Shown piece after piece: positions 25,412 to 33,532 of a DNA stretch of 64,000 nt (its first letter is position 1; the number at the start of each line of letters is the position of its first letter). This DNA is from Dehalococcoidia bacterium. Lineage in GTDB: Bacteria; Chloroflexota; Dehalococcoidia; Lucifugimonadales; UBA3495. The DNA is taken from positions 22,407 through 86,406 of the forward strand of contig JASLXV010000058.1 of NCBI GenBank assembly GCA_030740155.1, given 5' to 3'. Below the pieces are notes generated by a model. The model did no database searches, was not told the DNA's origin, and saw only the letters and a program-made list of their open reading frames with translations. The position numbers and the translations under genes are program-made.

Positions 25412-28252
25412 ATGTTTTTGCACCTACCGACGCCCTCTCCCTTCGAGTCGATCCATGTTGCTCTCGACCTGGAAACCACCGGGTTGGAGTCGAGCCGTGA
25501 CGCCATCATCGAGGTGGGGGCGGTAAAGTTCCAGGGAGACACGATTCTCGACACCTTCGACACTTTCGTGAATCCGGGGCGCGCCATCCCCGAGTTCATC
25601 CAACGCCTGACCCACATCACCCCGGCCCACGTCAAACGCGCCCCCTACTTCAACTCCGTCCTCGGCCCGCTGGAAGACTTCATCGAGGAACATCCGGTCA
25701 TCGGCCACAATGTGGCCTTCGACGTTGGGTTCCTGGCCGTTAACGGGCTGCCGCTGAACAATCCCACCTACGATACCTGGGACCTGGCTTCGGTGCTGCT
25801 GCCCCGAGTCGGGCAGTATGCCCTGGGCCGGCTGTCCGATCTCTTCGGGGTCGGCCACAACAACCCCCACCGGGCGCTGTCTGACGCCAAGGCTACTCAG
25901 GGGATCTTTCTGGAGTTCCTGCGCCGGGCGGAGGCCCTGGACAGCGGCCTTCTGGCCTATCTTGTCCACCTGGCCACCCGCAGCCGGTGGTCTATCGCGC
26001 CTCTCTTGGCCGGGCTACAAGGCGACACTCCCCAGGGCGGCGAGCCTGCGATGTTCGGGCTGACCGGCCTGGACATGGACAACCTGGCCACCCGGCTCGG
26101 GCGTCCTGAAAAGCGGCGGTCGGACCCAAGCCTCAGCTCCCTGGACGAAGACAAGATATGCGCCCTCCTCGGCGCTCAAGGCCCCTTCTCCCGGACCTTC
26201 TCCGGGTTCGAATACCGCCCGGAGCAAGAGGAGATGCTGAAGGGTGTGACCCGGGCCATCTACCAGAGCCGGCACCTGGTTGTGGAAGGAGGCACCGGCG
26301 TCGGCAAGTCGATGGCCTACCTGCTGCCCGCCCTCATTTTTGCCGTCTCTCAGGGCCAGCGGGTGGTGGTCTCCACTAACACCATCAACCTCCAGGAGCA
26401 GCTCCTGCGCAAGGACATCCCCGCGTTGTTCAGGGTGCTGGCGGAGGCGGGATTGGTGGAAGAGGGTGTCGCGAAGGCGGCCCTCCTCAAGGGACGCAAC
26501 AACTACCTGTGCCTGCACCGCTGGAACTTCCTGGCCAGGGCCGAAACCCCTACGATTGAGGATGCCCGGCTGCTGAGCAAGACCGCCGTCTGGCTTCAGG
26601 ACACGGTGGCCGGAGACCGTGGCGAGATCAACCTCGCCGGGCGGGACGGTTTCACCTGGAACCGGATTTCCGCGGGCGAAAAGTCGTGGTGCCCCGGTCT
26701 GCGCGATGGCGGGCCGTGCTTCTTGCGCAGCGCCAGAGAACGGGCCGAACAGGCCCACATCGTGGTGGTGAACCACGCCCTGTTGCTGTCGGACCTGGTC
26801 CGGGGCGGCAGCTTGATCCCCGATTACCAACACCTGGTCATCGATGAGGCCCACAACCTGGAAAATGAAGCCACCAGGCAGCTGGGCTTTCAAGTGTCCT
26901 CGGAGCGTCTGGAGGAGGCGTCGGAGCCCCAGAGCCGCCTCGTTACAGGGGTCCGGATGGCGCTGGCGGCCGAAATCATGGCATCGCCGGTGCGCGAGCA
27001 GGGAGAGCAGGCGGTGGCCGGAGTCGAAACCCAGGCCGCCGCGGTCCGGGACAACTGGGCCCGTTTATGGGCGGCGTCGGACCGGTTCCTGGCCGCCTGC
27101 CGCCAGGCCACCTCGGAGGAGCAGAACCAGGTGATGCTCACCGAGCAGATCCGGGGCCAGCAGGTCTGGTCCGACCTGGCCCTGGCGTGGGAGAATCTGG
27201 ATGTGCGGATGCAGGAGGCGGTCAAAGCACTCTCGTTGTTGCAGCGGTTCTTGGAAACCACCACTCTGTCCGCGGCCGGCGATCAACCCGCCCTGGCCAT
27301 GGAAGCGGCCAATGTCCAGGACAACCTGGAGCTGCTGCGGGGCCAGCTGGGATCGATCCTGGATGCCCCGGACGACGAAAACATTCATTGGATGAACCGC
27401 GATTCATTCAAGGGCGAAATCACCTTTCACTCGGCCCCCCTGGACGTCGGCGCCACCCTGGCCGAGCAGCTTTACGCCCGGAAAGAGTGCGTGGTGATGA
27501 CCAGCGCCACCCTCAGTACCGAGGGCAACTTCGAATACTTCAAGAGGCGGACCGGGGTGGCCGATGACTGTGACGAACAGCTCGTCGGGTCGCCCTTCGA
27601 CTACCAGAAGGCCGCGCTGCTGCTCATTCCGGAAGACATGCCGCCCCCCAACGCGGCCGCCTACCTGGACTCCCTCGCCCTGGTCATTTCCGGCCTGGGC
27701 AAGTCCCTGGGCGGCAGGACCATGGCCCTGTTCACCTCTTACGCGGCCCTCCGGGCGGTGGCCAGCCGGGTGCGAGCCACCCTGATGGCCGAGGGTATAC
27801 AGGTGCTGGCCCAGAGTGTGGACGGCCCCCCGCAACAGCTCATCAACCGCTTCACCGATGACCCGCGCAGTGTTCTCCTGGGGACCAGCAGCTTCTGGGA
27901 AGGGGTGGACCTGCCCGGCGGCGTGCTTAAGGCGCTGGTCTTGACCAGATTGCCCTTCCATGTGCCCACCGATCCGGTGGTGAGGGCCCGGTCGGACCAG
28001 TACGAAGACGCCTTCAAGCAGTATTCCATCCCCCAGGCGGTGCTACGCTTCCGGCAGGGGATCGGGCGGCTGATCCGCAGCAAGGGAGATAAGGGGGCCA
28101 TCGTGGTGCTGGACCGGCGAATTACCGGGCGCTCCTACGGCCATTCTTTCTTGCGTTCCATTCCGCCCTGTACTTTGCAGCCCAGTAGCCTGGCAACCGT
28201 GGGCAACCTGGCGGCCCGGTGGGTGGATGAGAGCCGTGGAGCTAAACACTGA
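25412..28252 (+). CDS. dinG: DinG-family ATP-dependent helicase fused to an N-terminal DnaQ-like 3'-5' exonuclease
   Basis: 946 aa. Exo I motif VALDLETTGL, Walker A VEGGTGVGKS, DEAH box VIDEAHNLE, and C-terminal helicase motifs (SFWEGVDLPG, RQGIGRLIR). Confidence 0.85.
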   Translation: MFLHLPTPSPFESIHVALDLETTGLESSRDAIIEVGAVKFQGDTILDTFDTFVNPGRAIPEFIQRLTHITPAHVKRAPYFNSVLGPLEDFIEEHPVIGHNVAFDVGFLAVNGLPLNNPTYDTWDLASVLLPRVGQYALGRLSDLFGVGHNNPHRALSDAKATQGIFLEFLRRAEALDSGLLAYLVHLATRSRWSIAPLLAGLQGDTPQGGEPAMFGLTGLDMDNLATRLGRPEKRRSDPSLSSLDEDKICALLGAQGPFSRTFSGFEYRPEQEEMLKGVTRAIYQSRHLVVEGGTGVGKSMAYLLPALIFAVSQGQRVVVSTNTINLQEQLLRKDIPALFRVLAEAGLVEEGVAKAALLKGRNNYLCLHRWNFLARAETPTIEDARLLSKTAVWLQDTVAGDRGEINLAGRDGFTWNRISAGEKSWCPGLRDGGPCFLRSARERAEQAHIVVVNHALLLSDLVRGGSLIPDYQHLVIDEAHNLENEATRQLGFQVSSERLEEASEPQSRLVTGVRMALAAEIMASPVREQGEQAVAGVETQAAAVRDNWARLWAASDRFLAACRQATSEEQNQVMLTEQIRGQQVWSDLALAWENLDVRMQEAVKALSLLQRFLETTTLSAAGDQPALAMEAANVQDNLELLRGQLGSILDAPDDENIHWMNRDSFKGEITFHSAPLDVGATLAEQLYARKECVVMTSATLSTEGNFEYFKRRTGVADDCDEQLVGSPFDYQKAALLLIPEDMPPPNAAAYLDSLALVISGLGKSLGGRTMALFTSYAALRAVASRVRATLMAEGIQVLAQSVDGPPQQLINRFTDDPRSVLLGTSSFWEGVDLPGGVLKALVLTRLPFHVPTDPVVRARSDQYEDAFKQYSIPQAVLRFRQGIGRLIRSKGDKGAIVVLDRRITGRSYGHSFLRSIPPCTLQPSSLATVGNLAARWVDESRGAKH

Positions 28253-29114
28253 AGGGCCCTTCGACCTAGCCGCCAGCCTGGAAAGCGGCCAAGCCCACCG
28301 CTGGGAGCGGGAAGGGCAATGGTACTACGGCGTCGTCCGGGGCAGCGTCATCAAGCTCTGCCAAACCGCCGGCCGCATCGAGTTTCGCGGCGGCCCCTAC
28401 TCCGATGCCTCCCTCCTTCCCCTGCTCAACAGCTACTTCCGTCTGGACGACGACATCAGCGCCATCTACGCGGAGATCGGCCGGGACCAGAAGGTGGCGG
28501 ACATGATCGCCCGGTTTCCCGGCCTGCGCCTGCTGCGGATAGAGCCCTGGGAATGCGTCGTCTCGTTCATCCTTTCCGCCAACTCCAACCTCCGCCGCAT
28601 CCACCAGTCGATGGAGAACCTGGCGGAAGGCTACGGGACTGCCATCCGGTTCGAAGGCCGGGTGTGGCACGCCTTCCCCACGCCCGCGGAACTGGCCGAG
28701 GCGGGAGAGGAGGGATTGCGCCGGTTGGGACTGGGTTTCCGCGCTCCCTACGTGGCCAAGGCAACACGGATGGCGCTTGAGGGCAGGCTAGACCTGGCCG
28801 CCCTAGCCCGGCTGCCCTACGCGGAGGCCAGGGCCGGCCTGATGGAATGTCCCGGCATCGGGCCCAAGGTCGCCGATTGCATCTGCCTCTTTTCGTTGGA
28901 CAAGACGGAGGCCTTTCCCGTGGACGTGTGGGTACGCCGAGCCCTGGCCGAGTGGTACTTCCCGGGCCGGAAAGTGCTGCCCGACCGGGAGCTGCGCCAG
29001 TGGGCGCAGAACCACTTCGGCCGCTTCGGCGGCTACTCTCAGCAGTACCTGTTCTACGGGCGGAGGCTGGAGCGGCAATCTGCTGAAGCCGCTCCCGGTA
29101 CCGTTCCCAAGTAG
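28227..29114 (+). CDS. ogg: 8-oxoguanine DNA glycosylase/AP lyase, OGG1 type (HhH-GPD)
   Basis: CPGIGPKVADCICLFSLDKTEAFPVDVWV reproduces the OGG1 HhH-GPD catalytic Lys/Asp region. The ORF-track ATG overlaps the dinG 3' end by 26 nt. Confidence 0.85.
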   Translation: MRAVELNTEGPFDLAASLESGQAHRWEREGQWYYGVVRGSVIKLCQTAGRIEFRGGPYSDASLLPLLNSYFRLDDDISAIYAEIGRDQKVADMIARFPGLRLLRIEPWECVVSFILSANSNLRRIHQSMENLAEGYGTAIRFEGRVWHAFPTPAELAEAGEEGLRRLGLGFRAPYVAKATRMALEGRLDLAALARLPYAEARAGLMECPGIGPKVADCICLFSLDKTEAFPVDVWVRRALAEWYFPGRKVLPDRELRQWAQNHFGRFGGYSQQYLFYGRRLERQSAEAAPGTVPK

Positions 29115-29404
29115 GCTAGACGCCTGGCCCGAGACCCCCAACCTGGCCTTCTCCCGTCGCAAGAGAGAAGGAACCGCCTCTACCTCCTCGCGAAGCTATG
29201 CATTACCCACGAACTCCGGCAAACTTACGGGTAGCGTATGCCTTATCAAGGGGGAGGTTGAGAGAGGGTCACCCCGCATTCACCAGCTTCAAATTCAAGA
29301 GGTATTGGCTCTGTTATACTGGTCGCGCACTCCCGTGAGCCATCCCGGCGGGTGCGCGCTTCGGTACACCCGCCGATCAATCTAGCACTGAAGGAGAGGA
29401 GAAA

Positions 29405-30256
29405 ATGGGACCGAACCTGGTAGATTACCTCCTGTACGAACCCGAGGACTCCGGCATTCTCTGGATCAAGTTCAATCGCCCGGAGCGCATGAACGCCCTG
29501 GCCGGGTCCTCCCACGAAACCGGCACGGTGGCGAAGGTTGGGGAATACATGCGGGCCGGCGACGACGACCCGAACATCCGGGTCATCGTCCTCACCGGCG
29601 TGGGCCGTGGGTTCTGCTCGGGCGCCGACATGAGGCGAGATACCGGGGACCTACTCCAGGGAGCGGATAACTTTGTGGGGGACCGGGGATCGGTGGAAGG
29701 CCCCGATTTCTCCAGAGAGCACTTCTTCCATGGTTTCACCAAGCTCCACCGAGACATCTCGCAAATCCGGAAGCCAACCATCGCCATGGTGAACGGGCCC
29801 GCCGTCGGGTCCGGCATGGACATGGCCTTGCACTGCGACATCCGGGTGGGTTGCGAGAACACCCGGTTTATCGGCTATCAGCAGTTGGGGCAGATCATGG
29901 AGAACGGGGGCAGCTACTACATGCCGAAGATGGTCGGCCTGGGCCGGGCGTTGGAGTTTGTCTACACGGGGCAACTGGATGCCCAGAGAGCCTACGAGTG
30001 GGGCTTGTTGAACCATCTGGTCGCCGCCGACAAGCTGGAGGAGACCACCAGAGAGTTGTGCGCCAGGATCATGAGGGTCCCTCCGCTGGTCCAATGGGTA
30101 AGCAAGCGGATCATGCGCACCGCCCTTGACGGCTCGTTGGAGTCCACGATGGTGTTGACCTCGAACGCCGGCGGCATCCTCAGCGGGTCGGAAGACGCTC
30201 AGGAGGCGAGGGCGGCGTTCTTGGAGAAGCGGGCTCCCACGTTTAAAGCTCGCTAG
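29405..30256 (+). CDS. Enoyl-CoA hydratase/isomerase (crotonase) family protein
   Basis: 283 aa. WIKFNRPERMNAL...VIVLTGVGRGFCSGADM...MVNGPAVGSGMDMALHCD. Preceded by GGAGAGGAG. Confidence 0.8.
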   Translation: MGPNLVDYLLYEPEDSGILWIKFNRPERMNALAGSSHETGTVAKVGEYMRAGDDDPNIRVIVLTGVGRGFCSGADMRRDTGDLLQGADNFVGDRGSVEGPDFSREHFFHGFTKLHRDISQIRKPTIAMVNGPAVGSGMDMALHCDIRVGCENTRFIGYQQLGQIMENGGSYYMPKMVGLGRALEFVYTGQLDAQRAYEWGLLNHLVAADKLEETTRELCARIMRVPPLVQWVSKRIMRTALDGSLESTMVLTSNAGGILSGSEDAQEARAAFLEKRAPTFKAR

Positions 30257-30421
30257 CCGATCTAGGGTCAACCACTCGAGGGAAGGCAAACGCCCTCCCT
30301 CGGGCAGAGCTTGGGGGAGATAAACCCAGTCCTGGACAACTCGACATATCGCTGCCTTTTCTTGCGAGTGATAATATTCAGGCGGCGTTGATTTTCAATC
30401 GTCTTTGGTGGGTGACCAGCT

Positions 30422-32026
30422 ATGGTGACCGCATTCGAGCTTGTTCCGAAAGGGTACTTCCCAAGAGAGCTTCCCCCTCCATTCACAACCAAACCGTTCG
30501 GCAATTTAACTAAACAATGGCGAGGCCAGACGCCACCAGGATTCGCATTAGATTTCCGTAGACCAATAATCACTAGACATGCAATTCATAATCTGACCAG
30601 ATTTGGATTAGTGAGACGCCAGCTTTCGATTCCAAACCCCGTGAACTTCTATCACATTGCATCTTTATTGGAAATGAATTGGAGTGGATTGCTGCCCAAT
30701 TGGAACAGCTCGAAGATATCATTGAGCAAACCGAGCGTTGATCCAGCAGCGGCTCGTGCGGTCATTCCTAGCCATCCGTGGAGCAGCCACCCGCTACATC
30801 GAGCGGCCTTAAGAGCGACATCAAAATATATCCTGAAATCAGATATTGATGGGTTCTACCCGTCTGTATATACCCACAGCATCCCTTGGGCTATTCATAC
30901 CAAACCCGCTGCTAAAGCAAATAGGAAACCTAATGCTCTTTTGGGTAATCAAATCGATCGTTGCCTCCAATACGCGCAAGATCAACAAACCAAGGGCATC
31001 CCAATTAGCCCCGATACATCACTTGTTATTGCGGAGATCCTCCTTGGAAGAGCTGACGTGGAGCTTGCCAAACTTATCCAGGTCATCGGATTTAGATCTT
31101 ACGATGACTATGAACTCGGATTTAGATCCCACGCTGATGCAGAAAACGGTCTTGCCGCCCTCCAAGGAGTGCTAGCGGAATACGAGTTGCAGATCAATAC
31201 CTCCAAGACTAAGATCATCGAACTCCCAGCATATCTTGATCCGCCATGGGGAACTGAACTCGGAGCACTCTCTATCGGCACGCGGTCACAATATCGCGAC
31301 CTTTTACGCTATGTCGATAGAGCATTTGAACTATTTCGCCAGCATCCCGGAGCTGATGTGTTGAAATATTCTATTAGCCGACTGAATTCGATAGTAATTG
31401 CAAGTTCTGAATGGGGGTTCTTTCAGGATTTCTTATTTCAATGTTCCATGGTTGAGCCTGCTACGTTGCATTTGGTCATCGATCATCTACATAGATACGA
31501 AGCAGCGGGCTATCCAATTGATAAGGTCAAGCTAGAAACGGTATTGAACACCCTGATGAGTTCCCGTGGCCCTTTGGGTTGTGGTAATGAAGTCGCCTGG
31601 GCCTTATGGGGCGCCATCCTTTTCAATATACCTGTTGACCAAATGTCCGCTAAAGTTCTCGAGAAGATGATTGACCCGGTGGTAGCCTTGCTTGCATTAG
31701 ACGCGAAGAATAAGAATCTGATCTCCAATCAAGTTACGTTCAGTCAATGGCTTGCCAACATGAGCCAAGCCGAGCTTGAAGGAAATCAGTGGCTATTCGC
31801 ATACGAAGTTAATGTTAAGGGCTGGTTGCCCCTGCCTGGTGGTACCGACTATGTGTTAGCCGATCCCCGGTTTGCTTTGCTAAAACAAAACGGTGTTCAT
31901 TTCTACGATGATTCACTTGTGTCTGCCCACGGGCCGACCAATCCAATATCGGTGAGAATCCCACGAAACCAGCCGCAAAACATTGACGATAGTCTTGTCC
32001 CGTCTTGGGACTCCAATTATTATTGA
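30422..32026 (+). CDS. Reverse transcriptase of the Abi/UG (defence-associated RT, AbiK/Abi-P2-like) type with a helical C-terminal domain
   Basis: 534 aa. RT motifs by eye: RRQLSIPNPVNFY (motifs 1/2, aa 65-77); ILKSDIDGFYPSVYTHSIPW (motif A, aa 137-156); KGIPISPDTSLVIAEILL (motif B, aa 191-208); FRSYDDYELG (motif C, YDD at nt 31100-31108); ELQINTSKTKI (motif E). About 260 aa of helical repeat-like sequence follows. G+C is far below the flanks: hand counts of 45% and 35% on two 60-nt lines, against 73% on a line of the neighbouring gene. Confidence 0.8.
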   Translation: MVTAFELVPKGYFPRELPPPFTTKPFGNLTKQWRGQTPPGFALDFRRPIITRHAIHNLTRFGLVRRQLSIPNPVNFYHIASLLEMNWSGLLPNWNSSKISLSKPSVDPAAARAVIPSHPWSSHPLHRAALRATSKYILKSDIDGFYPSVYTHSIPWAIHTKPAAKANRKPNALLGNQIDRCLQYAQDQQTKGIPISPDTSLVIAEILLGRADVELAKLIQVIGFRSYDDYELGFRSHADAENGLAALQGVLAEYELQINTSKTKIIELPAYLDPPWGTELGALSIGTRSQYRDLLRYVDRAFELFRQHPGADVLKYSISRLNSIVIASSEWGFFQDFLFQCSMVEPATLHLVIDHLHRYEAAGYPIDKVKLETVLNTLMSSRGPLGCGNEVAWALWGAILFNIPVDQMSAKVLEKMIDPVVALLALDAKNKNLISNQVTFSQWLANMSQAELEGNQWLFAYEVNVKGWLPLPGGTDYVLADPRFALLKQNGVHFYDDSLVSAHGPTNPISVRIPRNQPQNIDDSLVPSWDSNYY

Positions 32027-32066
32027 GCCATACGGACCGAGATACCACTGCGTAACAAATTCGACT

Positions 32067-33104
32067 TTACGGCTTTAACACCAGCTTGCCGAAGAAGTTG
32101 GTCTCTTCCATGGCGCGGTGGGCGGCGGCGGCCTCTGCCAGAGGGAAGGTCCGGTCGACGACGGGTCGGATGGCCCCTCGGTTCAGCATCGCCACGATCT
32201 CCCGCATGTCCTCCTTGGTGCCCATGAAGACCCCGTGCACTTCCACCTGCCGGCTGAACAGCAGGCCCAGGTGCAATTCGGCGCGCAGACCGGTGGTGGC
32301 GCCACAGGTACCGTAGCGTCCTCCCGCGCGCAGCGACCCGAAAGCCTTGGAGAAAAAGTCGGCCCCCACGTGGTCCACTACCGCGTCCACTCCGGTCCCG
32401 CCGGTCAGGGCCTTGGCCCGTTCGGTGATGTCCTCTTCGTTGTAGTTGATCACCTCGTCGGCCCCCAACTCCAAGGCCTTGGCCGCCTTCTCGGCGGTGC
32501 TGGTGGTGGCGATAACCCTGGCGCCGATGATGTTCTTGGCCACCTGGATCGCCGCGGTGCCGACACCGGCGGAGGCGGAGAGGACTAACACCGTCTCCCA
32601 TGGCTTCAGCCGGAGGCGGCGCACAAGCATGTTCCAGACGGGCAGGAAGGTGGTGGGCACGGCGGCGGCTTCCTCGTAGGAGACCGAGTCGGCAATTATG
32701 TGGGCGTTGGCCGCCGGCACGGCTACCAACTCGGCGTAGCTGCCGTCCATGGCGCTGCCCATGAAGCGAGGCCTGGGGCACAGGTCATCCTGGCCGGCCA
32801 GGCAAGCCGGGCATTGCTGGCAGCTAAAGCGGGGGTTCACCACCACCCGGTCACCGGGCTTGAGCCCGCTCACCCCGCTGCCGGCCTCCACCACGTCGCC
32901 CGCGCAGTCGCCTCCCAGTATCAGCGGCGGCGGAAACTCGCGGCGAAGCCCCCGGCCACCCTCCCGGGTGTAGAGGTCCAGCCGGTTCAACGCGGTTGCC
33001 CGGACTCGTATCTTTACCTGGTGGGCCTCGATTGCCGGGTCGGGACGCTCGCCGTAGGTCAAGACGTCTGGGCCGCCGTGGGCTTCGATGTAGACTGCCT
33101 GCAT
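32067..33104 (-). CDS. Zinc-binding alcohol dehydrogenase / quinone oxidoreductase (MDR superfamily)
   Basis: 345 aa. GGDCAGDVVEAG, CQQCPACLAGQDDLC (structural Zn loop) and the SASAGVGTAAIQVAK nucleotide-binding motif. Confidence 0.8.
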   Translation of the reverse strand: MQAVYIEAHGGPDVLTYGERPDPAIEAHQVKIRVRATALNRLDLYTREGGRGLRREFPPPLILGGDCAGDVVEAGSGVSGLKPGDRVVVNPRFSCQQCPACLAGQDDLCPRPRFMGSAMDGSYAELVAVPAANAHIIADSVSYEEAAAVPTTFLPVWNMLVRRLRLKPWETVLVLSASAGVGTAAIQVAKNIIGARVIATTSTAEKAAKALELGADEVINYNEEDITERAKALTGGTGVDAVVDHVGADFFSKAFGSLRAGGRYGTCGATTGLRAELHLGLLFSRQVEVHGVFMGTKEDMREIVAMLNRGAIRPVVDRTFPLAEAAAAHRAMEETNFFGKLVLKP

Positions 33105-33313
33105 AGCAACTGCCTCCGTGTGTTTGAGCTATCAGCCGTCAGCTTTCTGCCGGCCGACGGCCAAGGGTATTCGTTAGGCGGCACGGGAGCCGCTCGTCGA
33201 TCGTATTGCTCACTGCCGATCATGCTGAGACCGCAAAGGTTGAACGATCTGGGCGGAATTCTCAGCGCACTCTGCGTCTCTGCGGTATTGAGTTGGCCGC
33301 CCGTGCCCCGCCG

Positions 33314-33529
33314 CTAGGGCCTGCGCCCGAAGTAGCAATCGTTGCACAGAAAGACGATGGCCAGGGCCTCTTCGTGGCTGCCGATGCGCCCGCAAGAGGG
33401 GATGTCGCTGTCCTGGCTCCACGGTTGGTGGAACTCCCCGCCGCACATTTGGCACGTGGTCTGGTGCACCCCGTCCAGTACCGCTCCACAGATGACGCAG
33501 GACTCTTCTTCTAGCTCTTCATCCACCAC
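33314..33529 (-). CDS. Small Cys-rich (zinc-ribbon-like) protein translationally coupled to cca
   Basis: 71 aa with CVIC...CQMC...C...CNDC spacing. Its GTG start lies 3 nt after the cca TAG and is preceded by GAGGTG. Confidence 0.45.
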   Translation of the reverse strand: MVDEELEEESCVICGAVLDGVHQTTCQMCGGEFHQPWSQDSDIPSCGRIGSHEEALAIVFLCNDCYFGRRP

Positions 33530-33532
33530 GGC

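Noticed and set aside
29346-29375. 9-bp perfect stem (cggcgggtg-N12-cacccgccg) in the leader of the crotonase gene at 29405, as a regulatory element.
   Set aside because: It is a single short GC-rich stem in a GC-rich genome, with no associated conserved motif or T-tract. It is too weak to call.
30257-30421. A DRT2/DRT9-style structured ncRNA upstream of the RT.
   Set aside because: Only 165 nt are available, and about 30 nt of that is the terminator-like hairpin of the upstream gene. I could not see extended stem-loops, a template-like repeat or a convincing promoter by eye. This cannot be excluded without covariance or RNA-seq data, so it is not reported as a feature.
30268-30573. 101-aa minus-strand ORF overlapping the RT start.
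   Set aside because: It is antisense to the RT 5' end and the intergenic hairpin, has no RBS or motifs, and its composition follows the opposite-strand gene.
30257-32066. Retron, diversity-generating retroelement, group II intron or CRISPR-associated interpretation of the reverse transcriptase.
   Set aside because: - No msr/msd-like inverted repeats and no VTG-type retron motifs.
- No template/variable repeat pair, accessory Avd gene or target gene.
- No maturase/X or endonuclease domain, and no intron-like structured flanks.
- No cas1/cas2.
- The motif-A context (FYxSVYTHSIPW) points to the Abi/UG clade.
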